Shown: one piece after another, positions 9,799 to 19,143 of the stretch
How the letters are laid out: every line of letters starts with the position of its first letter
How positions within the stretch are numbered: position 1 is the stretch's first letter
Source of the DNA: an uncultured Bacillales bacterium
GTDB taxonomy: Bacteria; Bacillota_I; Bacilli_A; RF39; UBA660
Assembly (NCBI GenBank): GCA_946539445.1
Contig: CAMNHK010000003.1
Coordinates: forward strand, 1,746 to 65,745
Reading direction: 5' to 3'
Length of the DNA stretch: 64,000 nt
Translations under genes and position numbers: made by a program
Notes under the pieces: generated by a model
What the model saw: the letters and a program-made list of their open reading frames with translations, nothing else
Told to the model about the DNA's origin: nothing
Databases searched by the model: none

Positions 9799-10704
9799 TG
9801 GTTTAGAAGCTAGAACTTTTTGATATTGTTTCGAAAACTGTTCTTGATCCAAAGAACTACCTAAATAGGAAATCAGTTCCATAAAGCGTTCTGGTCTTTC
9901 CATAGAACGAAAATAATACATCATCTCATCAGGGCTTTGACGATCCTTCTCCATCTGTTCGGTTAAATAAGATAAATCAAATTTTCCTTCTTCAATAGCT
10001 TTTAATAATTTTAAAACAAAATTAATATTCGTTTGAATTGTCTCTTCCTGTAATGTTCCATTCGGATATCGAACTTCCATCAAGCCATCCGAATGCAATT
10101 TAAAAAAACTAACGCCATCTCTTAGTCGAAAACATTCCGTTTGAAAAATTAAATGATCCAAAAACTTTTCATGAGAAAAATCCACTTTAGCCAAATTTCT
10201 ACGTAAACGAAAATCCATATTAGCAGCATAATCATCTTTGGTTTTCCGCTTCAAAAAACAATCTCCCATAAAAAAGAAATTCATATCATTTTCATATACG
10301 CTGATTACTCTACTAAGAGTTTCAAAAAATACAGGATTATTTTTATACTTAGAAATATCAACCGTAATATGAGTAGAACTTTTATCGGAAGAACATGCCT
10401 TCATTTTTCGAAGAATTTGACATACTTTTTGAAGTTCTTCCCAAGAATCGAAATCATCCGAAAAAATACGACTGGATAATTCTCCACCAATATAATGATC
10501 TTCTCTTAATTCCGTTACAGTAGGATCAACATCCAAATACCAAACTTGATAATCTGGATGATGTGTTTTATGCTGCAACTGATAAAGAAAAGGAATATCT
10601 TCTTTTTCTAACCAATCGGAAACTTTCTCTAAATCAGCATTTGTAAATTCTAATTCGACTCCAAAAGAGTAATCTTTATTTGTACCAATTTGATTACGAT
10701 ACAT
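9796..10704 (-). CDS. Putative amidoligase-family (glutamine-synthetase-like fold) protein
   Basis: Start at MYRNQIG (ATG 10704 after GAGGGG). YSFGVELEFT, IGGELSSRIF, SSTHITVDIS and LMEVRYPNGTL resemble the conserved strand motifs of the Amidoligase_2 family (GxExEF, E-x-x-S, H-x-H/T-V, E-x-R...GT). Motif-level call only. Confidence 0.5.
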   Translation of the reverse strand: MYRNQIGTNKDYSFGVELEFTNADLEKVSDWLEKEDIPFLYQLQHKTHHPDYQVWYLDVDPTVTELREDHYIGGELSSRIFSDDFDSWEELQKVCQILRKMKACSSDKSSTHITVDISKYKNNPVFFETLSRVISVYENDMNFFFMGDCFLKRKTKDDYAANMDFRLRRNLAKVDFSHEKFLDHLIFQTECFRLRDGVSFFKLHSDGLMEVRYPNGTLQEETIQTNINFVLKLLKAIEEGKFDLSYLTEQMEKDRQSPDEMMYYFRSMERPERFMELISYLGSSLDQEQFSKQYQKVLASKP

Positions 10705-10811
10705 AAAACCCCTCATTTCAACTGCTTATTATAACAGGAAAGCAAGAAAATTGGAATTATTTTGTTTATTTTATAGTTCTATGATAAAATACTCTTTGAG
10801 GAGTGATTATT

Positions 10812-11816
10812 ATGAAGAAGACAATTCTTACCGGTTTAAGACCTACAGGAAACTTACATTTAGGCCATTATTTTGGAGCTGGTAAGACATGGCGTGATAT
10901 TCAAGATGATTACGACTTTTATCTAGAAATTGCAGATGTACAAGCATTAACAGACAATTTCAACAATCCAGAAAAAGTAAGAACAAATGTATATGAAATA
11001 ACAAAGGATTTATTAGCGATAGGACTAGATCCTGAAAAAGTTCATTTCTTTATTCAATCAAAAATTCCAGAGATTGCTGAATTAACCGTTTTTTATTCTA
11101 ATTTAGTAACTGTCTCTAGATTACAAAGAAACCCAACCGTAAAAACAGAAATTGCTCAAAAAAAAGAACTATTTGGAAATGATGGAGAATCCATTACCTA
11201 TGGATTTTTAGGATATCCAGTATCCCAAGCAGCTGATATTACTTGCTTTGGTGGAGAAGTAGTTCCCGTTGGAGAAGATCAATTGCCACTTTTGGAACAA
11301 TGTCGTGAAATTGTAAGAAAGTTTAACAATATCTACGGAGAAACTTTAATAGAACCACAACAATTATTAAGTAAATCTCCTAGAGTAAAAGGCTTGGACG
11401 GTAATGATAAAATGGGTAAATCTCTTGGTAATGCAATATACCTAGTAGATAATGAAGAAACGATTCGCAAAAAAATCATGGGTGCTGTAACCGACCCAAG
11501 TAAAATTCAAAAAGATGATCCTGCTAATCCAGATATTTGTATGGTTTATTATTATCACAAACTCGTAAATAAAGAAAACAACGTAGAAACGATTTGTTCC
11601 GAATGTAAAAAAGGATCTCGTGGATGTGTTCAATGTAAAAAAGAATTAATAGAAGCTATGAATGAATTCTTAAAACCAATTCAAGAAAAAAGAAAATTCT
11701 ATGAAGAACATCCAGAAGAAGTCGATAAGATTCTAGAAAAAGGAACATGCGAGGCTCGTGAAAAAGCCAAAGAAACTATGAACAAGGTAAGAAAAGCCAT
11801 AAGAATTGATTATTAA
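10812..11816 (+). CDS. trpS: Tryptophan--tRNA ligase
   Basis: ATG 10812 preceded by GAGGAG. Class I HIGH motif (TGNLHLGHYFG) and KMSKS variant (KMGKSLGN). Length about 334 aa. Confidence 0.93.
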   Translation: MKKTILTGLRPTGNLHLGHYFGAGKTWRDIQDDYDFYLEIADVQALTDNFNNPEKVRTNVYEITKDLLAIGLDPEKVHFFIQSKIPEIAELTVFYSNLVTVSRLQRNPTVKTEIAQKKELFGNDGESITYGFLGYPVSQAADITCFGGEVVPVGEDQLPLLEQCREIVRKFNNIYGETLIEPQQLLSKSPRVKGLDGNDKMGKSLGNAIYLVDNEETIRKKIMGAVTDPSKIQKDDPANPDICMVYYYHKLVNKENNVETICSECKKGSRGCVQCKKELIEAMNEFLKPIQEKRKFYEEHPEEVDKILEKGTCEAREKAKETMNKVRKAIRIDY

Positions 11817-11817
11817 A

Positions 11818-11841
11818 AAAGATAGGAAACTATCTTTTTTT
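11818..11841. terminator. Bidirectional intrinsic terminator after trpS
   Basis: AAAGATAG-gaaa-CTATCTTT hairpin followed by a T-run. Located between convergent stops. Confidence 0.55.
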
Positions 11842-12466
11842 ATTGCGTTAACATAAGAATATCATATAAAGATTCATATTTTTTAGAAAAATGATTTTGT
11901 ATTTCCTCAACTAGTAAAGAATACTCTTCTTTTGTAGATACTTTTTTAGAAAATATCTCTTGATATAAATAATGGATTACATCATAAGAATGACTATGAT
12001 AAAGAGAATGAATTCCCTTTAAAAGGCAAAACTGTATTTTCTTTTCTTGACGAGTTAAAAAAGGTTCATTTTTAGGATAAGATTCCCCCTTTTGATAAGA
12101 TAAAAAAATCATAGAATAATCTTCTGCTTCCTCTAAAATAGCATCTTCTTCGTCCAATAATAAACTACTTTTGCGAAGCAACAATCCATCTTTATTCCAT
12201 TCAAAAGCAAATACTCGATTAGAATCCGTAAGTAAACACATAAAAGGAGAACCAAAATCTCCTTCTACTTGATTTTCAATTTGTTTTAAAAAAGAATCAT
12301 CCATCCGACAATCATAATGACATATTTCCTGTAATTGAAAAGAAGAAATACAAAAAATAGGAATTTTAGAAACGGTTAAGATAGAATCTTTTTGATTCCA
12401 CTCATAAAAGTCCATATCCTCTTTCACTGAAAAAAAGTTCAATACCAAATCATAAATATAATTCAT
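11840..12466 (-). CDS. Hypothetical protein
   Basis: Start set at MNYIYDLVLNFF (ATG 12466 after AGGAG). This ATG overlaps the TGA of the upstream 73-aa ORF (ATGA). Confidence 0.55.
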   Translation of the reverse strand: MNYIYDLVLNFFSVKEDMDFYEWNQKDSILTVSKIPIFCISSFQLQEICHYDCRMDDSFLKQIENQVEGDFGSPFMCLLTDSNRVFAFEWNKDGLLLRKSSLLLDEEDAILEEAEDYSMIFLSYQKGESYPKNEPFLTRQEKKIQFCLLKGIHSLYHSHSYDVIHYLYQEIFSKKVSTKEEYSLLVEEIQNHFSKKYESLYDILMLTQ

Positions 12467-12684
12467 CGACAATCTCCTTTCAATAGAAAAATAAAAAGAA
12501 AAAAACCACCAAAAAAACAAAGACATTCAAATTGAGTAAATATAAATGATAAATAATCAATAATAGTATATCCAAAAGAAAAGAGATTTATGTACATCAA
12601 CATAAAAGTAAGTCCTGTAATCATCGTTAAAAAACTAATTCCATAAAAAAGAAATTTCCAAAACATACTAAATAATATGAACAA
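12463..12684 (-). CDS. Small hydrophobic membrane protein
   Basis: 73 aa with two or three TM-like stretches. ATGA stop/start overlap with the downstream gene suggests real, coupled translation. Confidence 0.45.
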   Translation of the reverse strand: MFILFSMFWKFLFYGISFLTMITGLTFMLMYINLFSFGYTIIDYLSFIFTQFECLCFFGGFFLFIFLLKGDCR

Positions 12685-12693
12685 AAAAAAGAA

Positions 12694-13776
12694 CTATTCC
12701 AGTTCTTTTTTATCTCCTATTTTCATATCCACTTGATTAATCGTTTCAAATTTCTTGTGAATTTTATCCGTTGTGATTGATACATTTTCAACATCTTTAT
12801 TGACGGCTTGAATACTTCGTGCTAGTTTATCCCATCTTTCTTTATAACGTGCAAACTCTAAACCAAGTTTATTTAATTCTTCATGAATAATAGAAGTATA
12901 CTTATCTCTTTCCATATTCTTGATAATCATCTGAATAACCGTTAAAGTAGAAATCAAAGTAGTAGGACTAGTAATCCAAACTCTTTTTCGATAAGCATAT
13001 TGAATAATATCCGTGTGGTAAGCATTAACTTCTGCAAAAATAGCTTCTGCTGGTAAAAATAGGATGGCCTGTTCTGCCGTCTCTCCAGGAATAATATATT
13101 TCGTATGAATTGCATCAATATGCTTTTTCATATCTTGTTTAAACATTTTCTCATACATTTCACGAGCTTCGATAGGTTGTTTTTTATCAACCATTAATTG
13201 ATAATGTTCCAAAGGAAATTTAGAATCAATACAAATAGTTCCAAGAGGCGCTGGCGCAAACAATACAGAATCCGCAATAACACCGGTACTCAAAGTATAT
13301 TGAAGTTGATAAATTGAATCATTTTTTTCTCCAAAAACACTCATTAATATATGATTTAAATTAACCTCACCAAATATTCCTCGTGTTTTTTTATCGGTCA
13401 AGATACTTTCCAAGCTAACAATATCCGTGGATAATGTTTCAATCTTCTTCTGAGCTTCATCAATTTTGGATAATCGTTCCATAACATTAACAAACGTTTT
13501 ATTAGTCTTTTCAAAATTTTGATCCAATCTCTCATTTACTTTCTCACTAATCATCAACAAGCGTTTTTCTACTTGTTCATTCAACTTGGAAAAGTCGTCA
13601 TTCATATTTCGATTTAAACTATTTTTAAACTCTCCCATTTCTTTCATCATATTAAGTTCCAATTTCCCCAAACGTTCTGTGATATTGGATTCATTAATAT
13701 TTTTCATTAAAGATAAAATGGTTAATACAATCAAAATAACCAACAATAAAATGATAATAATTTCTACTAACTCCAT
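12694..13776 (-). CDS. rmuC: DNA recombination protein RmuC
   Basis: 360 aa. N-terminal TM, then a long coiled-coil, then a C-terminal nuclease-like region (DSKFPLEHY, ILFLPAEAIF) with the layout typical of the RmuC family. Confidence 0.8.
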   Translation of the reverse strand: MELVEIIIILLLVILIVLTILSLMKNINESNITERLGKLELNMMKEMGEFKNSLNRNMNDDFSKLNEQVEKRLLMISEKVNERLDQNFEKTNKTFVNVMERLSKIDEAQKKIETLSTDIVSLESILTDKKTRGIFGEVNLNHILMSVFGEKNDSIYQLQYTLSTGVIADSVLFAPAPLGTICIDSKFPLEHYQLMVDKKQPIEAREMYEKMFKQDMKKHIDAIHTKYIIPGETAEQAILFLPAEAIFAEVNAYHTDIIQYAYRKRVWITSPTTLISTLTVIQMIIKNMERDKYTSIIHEELNKLGLEFARYKERWDKLARSIQAVNKDVENVSITTDKIHKKFETINQVDMKIGDKKELE

Positions 13777-13784
13777 AAATTCAC

Positions 13785-14363
13785 CTACTCAATACTCATT
13801 TTAATACTAACTATTTTGGATAAAACATAAGCTGCTCCTAGTGCCAAACAAATATAAAGAATGGAACTAAGATCGGTTAATTGATTTAAAAGACTACTTC
13901 CAATATATCCCCAAAAAACAATTGTAAAAACTTTTCCTATCAACAAAGCACTCAAAAACTTTTCCCTTGAAACACCTGCTATACCAGATATAACATTAAT
14001 CAAAAAAGAAGGAGTAAATGGTAATGTTATTAGTAAAACAAGCTGAGGTAACGTTATTTTTTTAAATTTTCGAATTCCTTTACGAATCTTCAAAATTGTT
14101 TTACGTTTAAAAATCTTTTGGCATACTTTTTCTTCTAAAAAAAGAAAAAATAAATAGCACAAAAAACACCCACTACAAGTTGCCAACCAAGAAATGAAGA
14201 CTCCTAAAAACAATCCATAAGCATTAACATTCAAAGTTACAAAAACACTAAGGGGTAACACTGGAATAAAGCATTCCATAAACACCCAAAAAAAACCGAA
14301 GAGAATTCCTCCGTTAGAGAGAATATTAGTACAATAATTTACAACGGATTGTATAGCATCCAT
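13785..14363 (-). CDS. DedA / TVP38-TMEM64 family membrane protein
   Basis: Start at MDAIQSV (ATG 14363 after GGAGGGTGG). Polytopic, with family-like segments FMECFIPVLPLSVF and LPFTPSFLINVISGIAGVSREKFLSALLIGK. Confidence 0.72.
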   Translation of the reverse strand: MDAIQSVVNYCTNILSNGGILFGFFWVFMECFIPVLPLSVFVTLNVNAYGLFLGVFISWLATCSGCFLCYLFFLFLEEKVCQKIFKRKTILKIRKGIRKFKKITLPQLVLLITLPFTPSFLINVISGIAGVSREKFLSALLIGKVFTIVFWGYIGSSLLNQLTDLSSILYICLALGAAYVLSKIVSIKMSIE

Positions 14364-14396
14364 GTAACCACCCTCCAACTTTATTATAGTATAATT

Positions 14397-14681
14397 CTAT
14401 GGGCGAGACAAGTAATTATGATATCCTCCTAGGACATTGACAGTAGAATAACCCCTTTGATTTAAAGCCTCTACTACTCGCCTACTTTGGTTTCCAAATT
14501 CACAATATATATAATAAGTATCCAATCGATTTAAGATAGAATCTGGTTGATGAATTAAGTCAGAAACAGAAACCCATTTAGCCCCTCTTATATGTCCAGA
14601 AGAGTAACGAGAAAAAGAACGAATATCCAGAATTTTTGGATTTGATAATCTCATTAAATCATCTACAGAAATAGACTTCAT
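14397..14681 (-). CDS. Rhodanese-domain protein
   Basis: 94-aa single rhodanese fold: ILDIRSFSRYSSGHIRGA plus active-site loop YIYCEFGNQSRR (C-x5-R). Confidence 0.75.
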   Translation of the reverse strand: MKSISVDDLMRLSNPKILDIRSFSRYSSGHIRGAKWVSVSDLIHQPDSILNRLDTYYIYCEFGNQSRRVVEALNQRGYSTVNVLGGYHNYLSRP

Positions 14682-14706
14682 TTTTTCACCTCCATCTTAT
14701 TAGATG

Positions 14707-14737
14707 AAAAAAAAAGAATCTATTCTATAATAGATTC
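14707..14737 (-). terminator. Intrinsic terminator closing the T4SS/Tad block
   Basis: Minus strand GAATCTATT-atag-AATAGATTC (perfect 9-bp stem) immediately after the TAG at 14738, followed by 9 T. Confidence 0.6.
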
Positions 14738-15949
14738 CTATCGAACTTTAAACGGATCTTCTTTGGTACCTTCTCCACCATTATATAATACTTTACTATT
14801 AATATAAATAACAGGTCGAACAATAGAATATGTACTAGCATTATCCGTTACCGCTACACCATTATTATCAATCTTAAAGACTGTAGAATTATCATCTTTA
14901 TTTGCAGTTACTAACCACCAATCAAAATCTTTCGTTAAATAGTTATAATTTTGACAAGATTTCGTTTCAGATGATTTACAATTTGGATCAATACTTGCAT
15001 ACATATAATCTGATAAAGTTAACAATCCCATCTTTTGATCTTTCAAAACTTCAGTACACTCTTCCGAATTGTTCTTACTTTCACTAGATACAGTTCTCTT
15101 AGCAGTACAAACATTATAAGGAACCATTCTAGTTTTATCAACGGTTGAGATGATATCTTCACCATCATCCTTAGAAGGATTGTTATAAATTTTATCTAAG
15201 TATTCTTTTACACGACTAGCACTATATTGATTAATACCAGATTCATAAAAACGTTCTTCATTATAACGATCATCCCAAGGTTGAGAATATGGAGTTCCTT
15301 CTTCACTAATTAATACCAACTCATTATTAGCTGTAACCTTTACAATTCTCCATAAACTATTATCAAGTTGTACATAATTTGCAACATCTTCTCCACGGAA
15401 AACATAAGTTCCATTGTTAGAATACAAACCATATCCAGAAGTAACAATTTTATCTTGAGAAACAACTTTTCGATATAATTCAATCGTTGCATAAGTATCT
15501 CCACAATTTAAATAAGGAGTATATAAATATTCAGCTCCAGATTTTTCTACCAAAACCTTACCAGTACAAACAACGCCTTCTTTGGTATATTCTGTCAAAG
15601 CTTTCATTTTTCCATCCACAACAAGATTACTAGAATCAACTTCCACAATCATACCAGTTTCTGTTGGTAAATATTCTGGATGATCTTGAAAATAAGCAAT
15701 AGCAGCGTCTCTCATAACCTCTTCTATATCCGAATAATCATAACTACGATTAGTAGATAACAAAGATATCAAATAAAGAATAAACATAAAGATTATAATT
15801 ACCACTACTATAATTCCCATAAAACGGAACATTTTTTTCTTAGCATCTTGATCAGAAGAATGGTTATCATCATCCTCATCTATTTCTTCTGCATACAAAT
15901 ATTCATCTTTCTTTTTCGGTTTTTTTACTAAATTATATTTGGCACTCAT
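14738..15949 (-). CDS. Membrane-anchored surface protein, paralog of 37754..39553
   Basis: 403 aa. Charged N-terminus, one TM (FMGIIVVVIIIFMFILYLISLL), then an extracytoplasmic Cys-containing domain. Shares with the 599-aa protein an N-terminal module ending in Y-x-Y-L-x-CG and a C-terminal module RPVIYINSKVLYNGGEGTKEDPFKV. Confidence 0.6.
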   Translation of the reverse strand: MSAKYNLVKKPKKKDEYLYAEEIDEDDDNHSSDQDAKKKMFRFMGIIVVVIIIFMFILYLISLLSTNRSYDYSDIEEVMRDAAIAYFQDHPEYLPTETGMIVEVDSSNLVVDGKMKALTEYTKEGVVCTGKVLVEKSGAEYLYTPYLNCGDTYATIELYRKVVSQDKIVTSGYGLYSNNGTYVFRGEDVANYVQLDNSLWRIVKVTANNELVLISEEGTPYSQPWDDRYNEERFYESGINQYSASRVKEYLDKIYNNPSKDDGEDIISTVDKTRMVPYNVCTAKRTVSSESKNNSEECTEVLKDQKMGLLTLSDYMYASIDPNCKSSETKSCQNYNYLTKDFDWWLVTANKDDNSTVFKIDNNGVAVTDNASTYSIVRPVIYINSKVLYNGGEGTKEDPFKVR

Positions 15950-15963
15950 ACGAACCGTCCTTT

Positions 15964-18303
15964 CTAATTATCGAAGAAATCATCAAAGAAATCTTCATCA
16001 TCACTATCATCCTCTAAACGTAAATCATTTTCTTTAGCAGGAGTTGGTGGAGGAGAAACCATTTTTTCTTCCTCATACAATTCATGAATACTAGGTGCTG
16101 TATTAGAGGTAGGAGTAACTGGCTCCGTATCCAAATGAGCAACCATTTCTGTTTTTTTCTTCTTCTCTTCTTCTTCTTTTTCACGTGCTTCTTCTGCTTC
16201 CAATTCAGCAATTTTAGCATCAATTTTCTTAACTAATTCATCCACGTCAAATCCCAAATCATCTTCCTCTTCTACTTTCTTAGAAGTCTCCGTAAAAGTA
16301 GGAGCTGGGGGAATAACAAATTCTTCTTGCTCTTCCTCTTTTTTAGGAGCAGGTCCAAAAGTAGAAACCGTTGGTGGGAATGATGGAACATCTCTTATAA
16401 AATCATCTTTTTCCACAACTGGTTCTTTTGGCATAGAACGTGTTAGAAAGTCAGGGATAGGAGAAGAATTTTTTCTTTCTCTAATAGCTTGTAACTCTGG
16501 AGGCAAATCACTAGCAAATTCATTGCGGTGACCAAAACCAGGCATAGATGCATTCTCACGATCCTTTTCATCAGCTGCATTCATCATTTCTAACAATTTC
16601 TTTTTCTTTTGATTTTTAACATATTCTTTAATATCAAAAGTATGAACTGCTTTTTTCTCACGAGTTGGATACTTAGCAGGAGGATATTTAAATCCCCAAT
16701 TTAATTTAAAGAATGGTGTAAATTTGGTTTTAAAAGGTTGTTTTCTCATTCGCAAAATAATAACTTCAAATTGTTTCATACGTTGCAAATCAGAAACCGT
16801 AACCAAAGGAGTAGAAGCAGTCTTATCATCTTTCTTAGATTTTACTTCTCCACACATTTTAGATATTTCTTCCAAAGCCTTTAACTCTGTTGTAATCAAA
16901 TAAATAATATTTCCACAGTTACCACGAATGGTTTCTGCCTCTTCTTTTCCATATACATCATCTAATTGAGCAAAGTTTTGAATAATCATCGTAAAACGGA
17001 TCTTACGAGAACGAGCCGCCGTAATCATAGTCGTAACATCTTTCAGTGGTGGCATATTAGCAAACTCATCCAAAATAAAGTTTGTACGAATTGGTAATTT
17101 TCCACCATGCTTTTGAGCAGATGAAATCAATGTTTCATAAATTTGCTTTAATAAAATGGTAACTAAAGAATGATACGTTTTCTTTTCATCTTGAATAACA
17201 ATAAATACAGCAGTTGGTCTTTCACCAATAGACTCCAAATTGATATCACTATAACTTAACATCTCAGATAAATTTTCACGAGATGCAAATAATTTAACTT
17301 TTTGTTTAAATACGGATAAAATACTACCTTTGGTCTCACTTGGAGCCATAATAGTACTAGAAGCATTAATAGAGGCAGCACTATTTGGATCCTTAGCAGC
17401 AAAATACTCTTTAATGTAAGTAGAACCACCAAACTTTTCTTCTCCTACAGTAGTAGCCAAAGAAATACTATTAATATTAATTTCATTCGGTTGTGCGTCT
17501 TCAAACAAACCAAGAGCAACTCCCGAAAAGTAATCAGCAGAAGTCTTTTCCCAGAATGGATCCGCATTCTTATTAGAATCATCATATAGAATATTTAATG
17601 CCAAGTCATCTAATAACTCGATAGCTTTATCTTGATTTCCAGATTTATACATTTGATAAGGCAAAGTCATTGGATTCCAAGCATTACCATTTTGTGGATC
17701 ACGGAAATTTAATAATAATATTTGATATCCACGAGCACGTAGCATGTTACTGGTTTTTTCATAGATTTCACCTTTTGGATCGGTAATAATCATAGATTCT
17801 CTAGCTTTAGCCAAACTATACACCTGTGGTAATACAACCGTCTGAGTTTTACCAGAACCAGTAGCTCCGATAACCAAAGAGTGATACTCTCCATTATCAA
17901 CCCACATTTCTTTTTCATTTAGAATTAAAGGAACTCCTGCCTCTTTCGAATTCTTAGCAGTAATAGATACACAAGATAATTCTTCTTGCATTTCTTTATC
18001 CTTTGCCCATCTAGAATATCCCTTATCTTTTTTATCAGTTGTAATTCCAAATCCTTTTTCTCTTTCAAAGAACATAGAACTAACACTTGCAAATAAACCA
18101 AGTAAAGCTAAAAGATATAAAAATAACGTAGAAAAGAAATAATCTGGTCCAAAAGCAGGAAACGGATTTAAACCGGACAAATGACCTTCCGTTGCAAATG
18201 TATGTACATTAACAACACAAATAGCCACAATATATAATAAAAACGCTGCAAAAATACCAAAAATCATTAAATCTTCTGGATCTGCTCTTAATTTAAATTT
18301 CAT
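15964..18303 (-). CDS. Type IV secretion coupling protein (VirD4/TraG family)
   Basis: Start at MKFKLRADP (ATG 18303 after AGGAGAG). Two N-terminal TMs, Walker A VIGATGSGKTQ and Walker B-like FILDEFANMP. A roughly 190-aa acidic/lysine-rich low-complexity C-terminal tail ends DDSDDEDFFDDFFDN. Confidence 0.88.
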   Translation of the reverse strand: MKFKLRADPEDLMIFGIFAAFLLYIVAICVVNVHTFATEGHLSGLNPFPAFGPDYFFSTLFLYLLALLGLFASVSSMFFEREKGFGITTDKKDKGYSRWAKDKEMQEELSCVSITAKNSKEAGVPLILNEKEMWVDNGEYHSLVIGATGSGKTQTVVLPQVYSLAKARESMIITDPKGEIYEKTSNMLRARGYQILLLNFRDPQNGNAWNPMTLPYQMYKSGNQDKAIELLDDLALNILYDDSNKNADPFWEKTSADYFSGVALGLFEDAQPNEININSISLATTVGEEKFGGSTYIKEYFAAKDPNSAASINASSTIMAPSETKGSILSVFKQKVKLFASRENLSEMLSYSDINLESIGERPTAVFIVIQDEKKTYHSLVTILLKQIYETLISSAQKHGGKLPIRTNFILDEFANMPPLKDVTTMITAARSRKIRFTMIIQNFAQLDDVYGKEEAETIRGNCGNIIYLITTELKALEEISKMCGEVKSKKDDKTASTPLVTVSDLQRMKQFEVIILRMRKQPFKTKFTPFFKLNWGFKYPPAKYPTREKKAVHTFDIKEYVKNQKKKKLLEMMNAADEKDRENASMPGFGHRNEFASDLPPELQAIRERKNSSPIPDFLTRSMPKEPVVEKDDFIRDVPSFPPTVSTFGPAPKKEEEQEEFVIPPAPTFTETSKKVEEEDDLGFDVDELVKKIDAKIAELEAEEAREKEEEEKKKKTEMVAHLDTEPVTPTSNTAPSIHELYEEEKMVSPPPTPAKENDLRLEDDSDDEDFFDDFFDN

Positions 18304-18359
18304 GCTACAACTCTCCTTCACCCTTTATTATAACGTAACTTTTAAAAACTGTCATTATA

Positions 18360-19139
18360 TTATTGATTAGAAATTAACATTTTAAAAGCCCCATTTTCAT
18401 ATTTATAAAGCATATCAACTTGTTTACTAATACTGTATCTTCCACAACTTAATAGTAACTCATAAGAATGATCCTGATCGACATCTAAAAAACTCGTAAC
18501 AAATGGTTTACAACCATTAAAATATTGTCCTTGATCAACTTTTTGATAAATCATAGATACTTTTCCCTCTTTAACCATAAACACAAAGGAAAAAACAGAA
18601 TCTGGCACGTAATCCATAGAAAAGACATTACTAACCAAATAGAACTCCTCTTCTACTCCATCTTGATCCATATCAAAAGATATTTGATAAAAAGAAGTAA
18701 ATTCACTTGAAAGACTGATTCCATTTTCTGATAAAACAGCATCTACATACGTACGATCCACAATATCTTCTAACTCAAAAGATGCAATCGTAATTGGATA
18801 ATTTCCTTGATAAGCAAGTAATTCTCCCTCATAGGGAATTGCATTTTTATCGGCGTCAAAAAGATACCATTTATCATCATGCCAAACATAATAATTTCCT
18901 AAAGATTGATTATCCACATACACTTGAAACTCTTGCCAATTATAAGATTGAATTGAGGTAGTATCCCGAAGATTCATCCAACTTTGATTCTGAAAAGTCC
19001 ACACACTAGAATCTCCCACAAGAATCGTTGTAGCCGTATTCCCTTTTTTGATATTTTGAAGTCCAAATACTAGAAACATCACTACAAAGAAAACAAAAAT
19101 ACAAATTAATAATACAATATAAACCTTTTTATCTCTCAT
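18360..19139 (-). CDS. Membrane-anchored extracytoplasmic protein (positional candidate for a VirB8-like scaffold)
   Basis: Start at MRDKKVY (ATG 19139 after AGGTGA). One N-terminal TM followed by about 230 aa outside. No motif; the VirB8-like idea comes only from size, topology and position. Confidence 0.35.
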   Translation of the reverse strand: MRDKKVYIVLLICIFVFFVVMFLVFGLQNIKKGNTATTILVGDSSVWTFQNQSWMNLRDTTSIQSYNWQEFQVYVDNQSLGNYYVWHDDKWYLFDADKNAIPYEGELLAYQGNYPITIASFELEDIVDRTYVDAVLSENGISLSSEFTSFYQISFDMDQDGVEEEFYLVSNVFSMDYVPDSVFSFVFMVKEGKVSMIYQKVDQGQYFNGCKPFVTSFLDVDQDHSYELLLSCGRYSISKQVDMLYKYENGAFKMLISNQ

Positions 19140-19143
19140 AGAA

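Noticed and set aside
10717-10811. Possible T-box riboswitch upstream of trpS
   Set aside because: Only about 95 nt separate the divergent upstream gene from the trpS ATG, far shorter than a T-box leader (about 200-300 nt). I could not find the conserved T-box sequence or a specifier/terminator arrangement.
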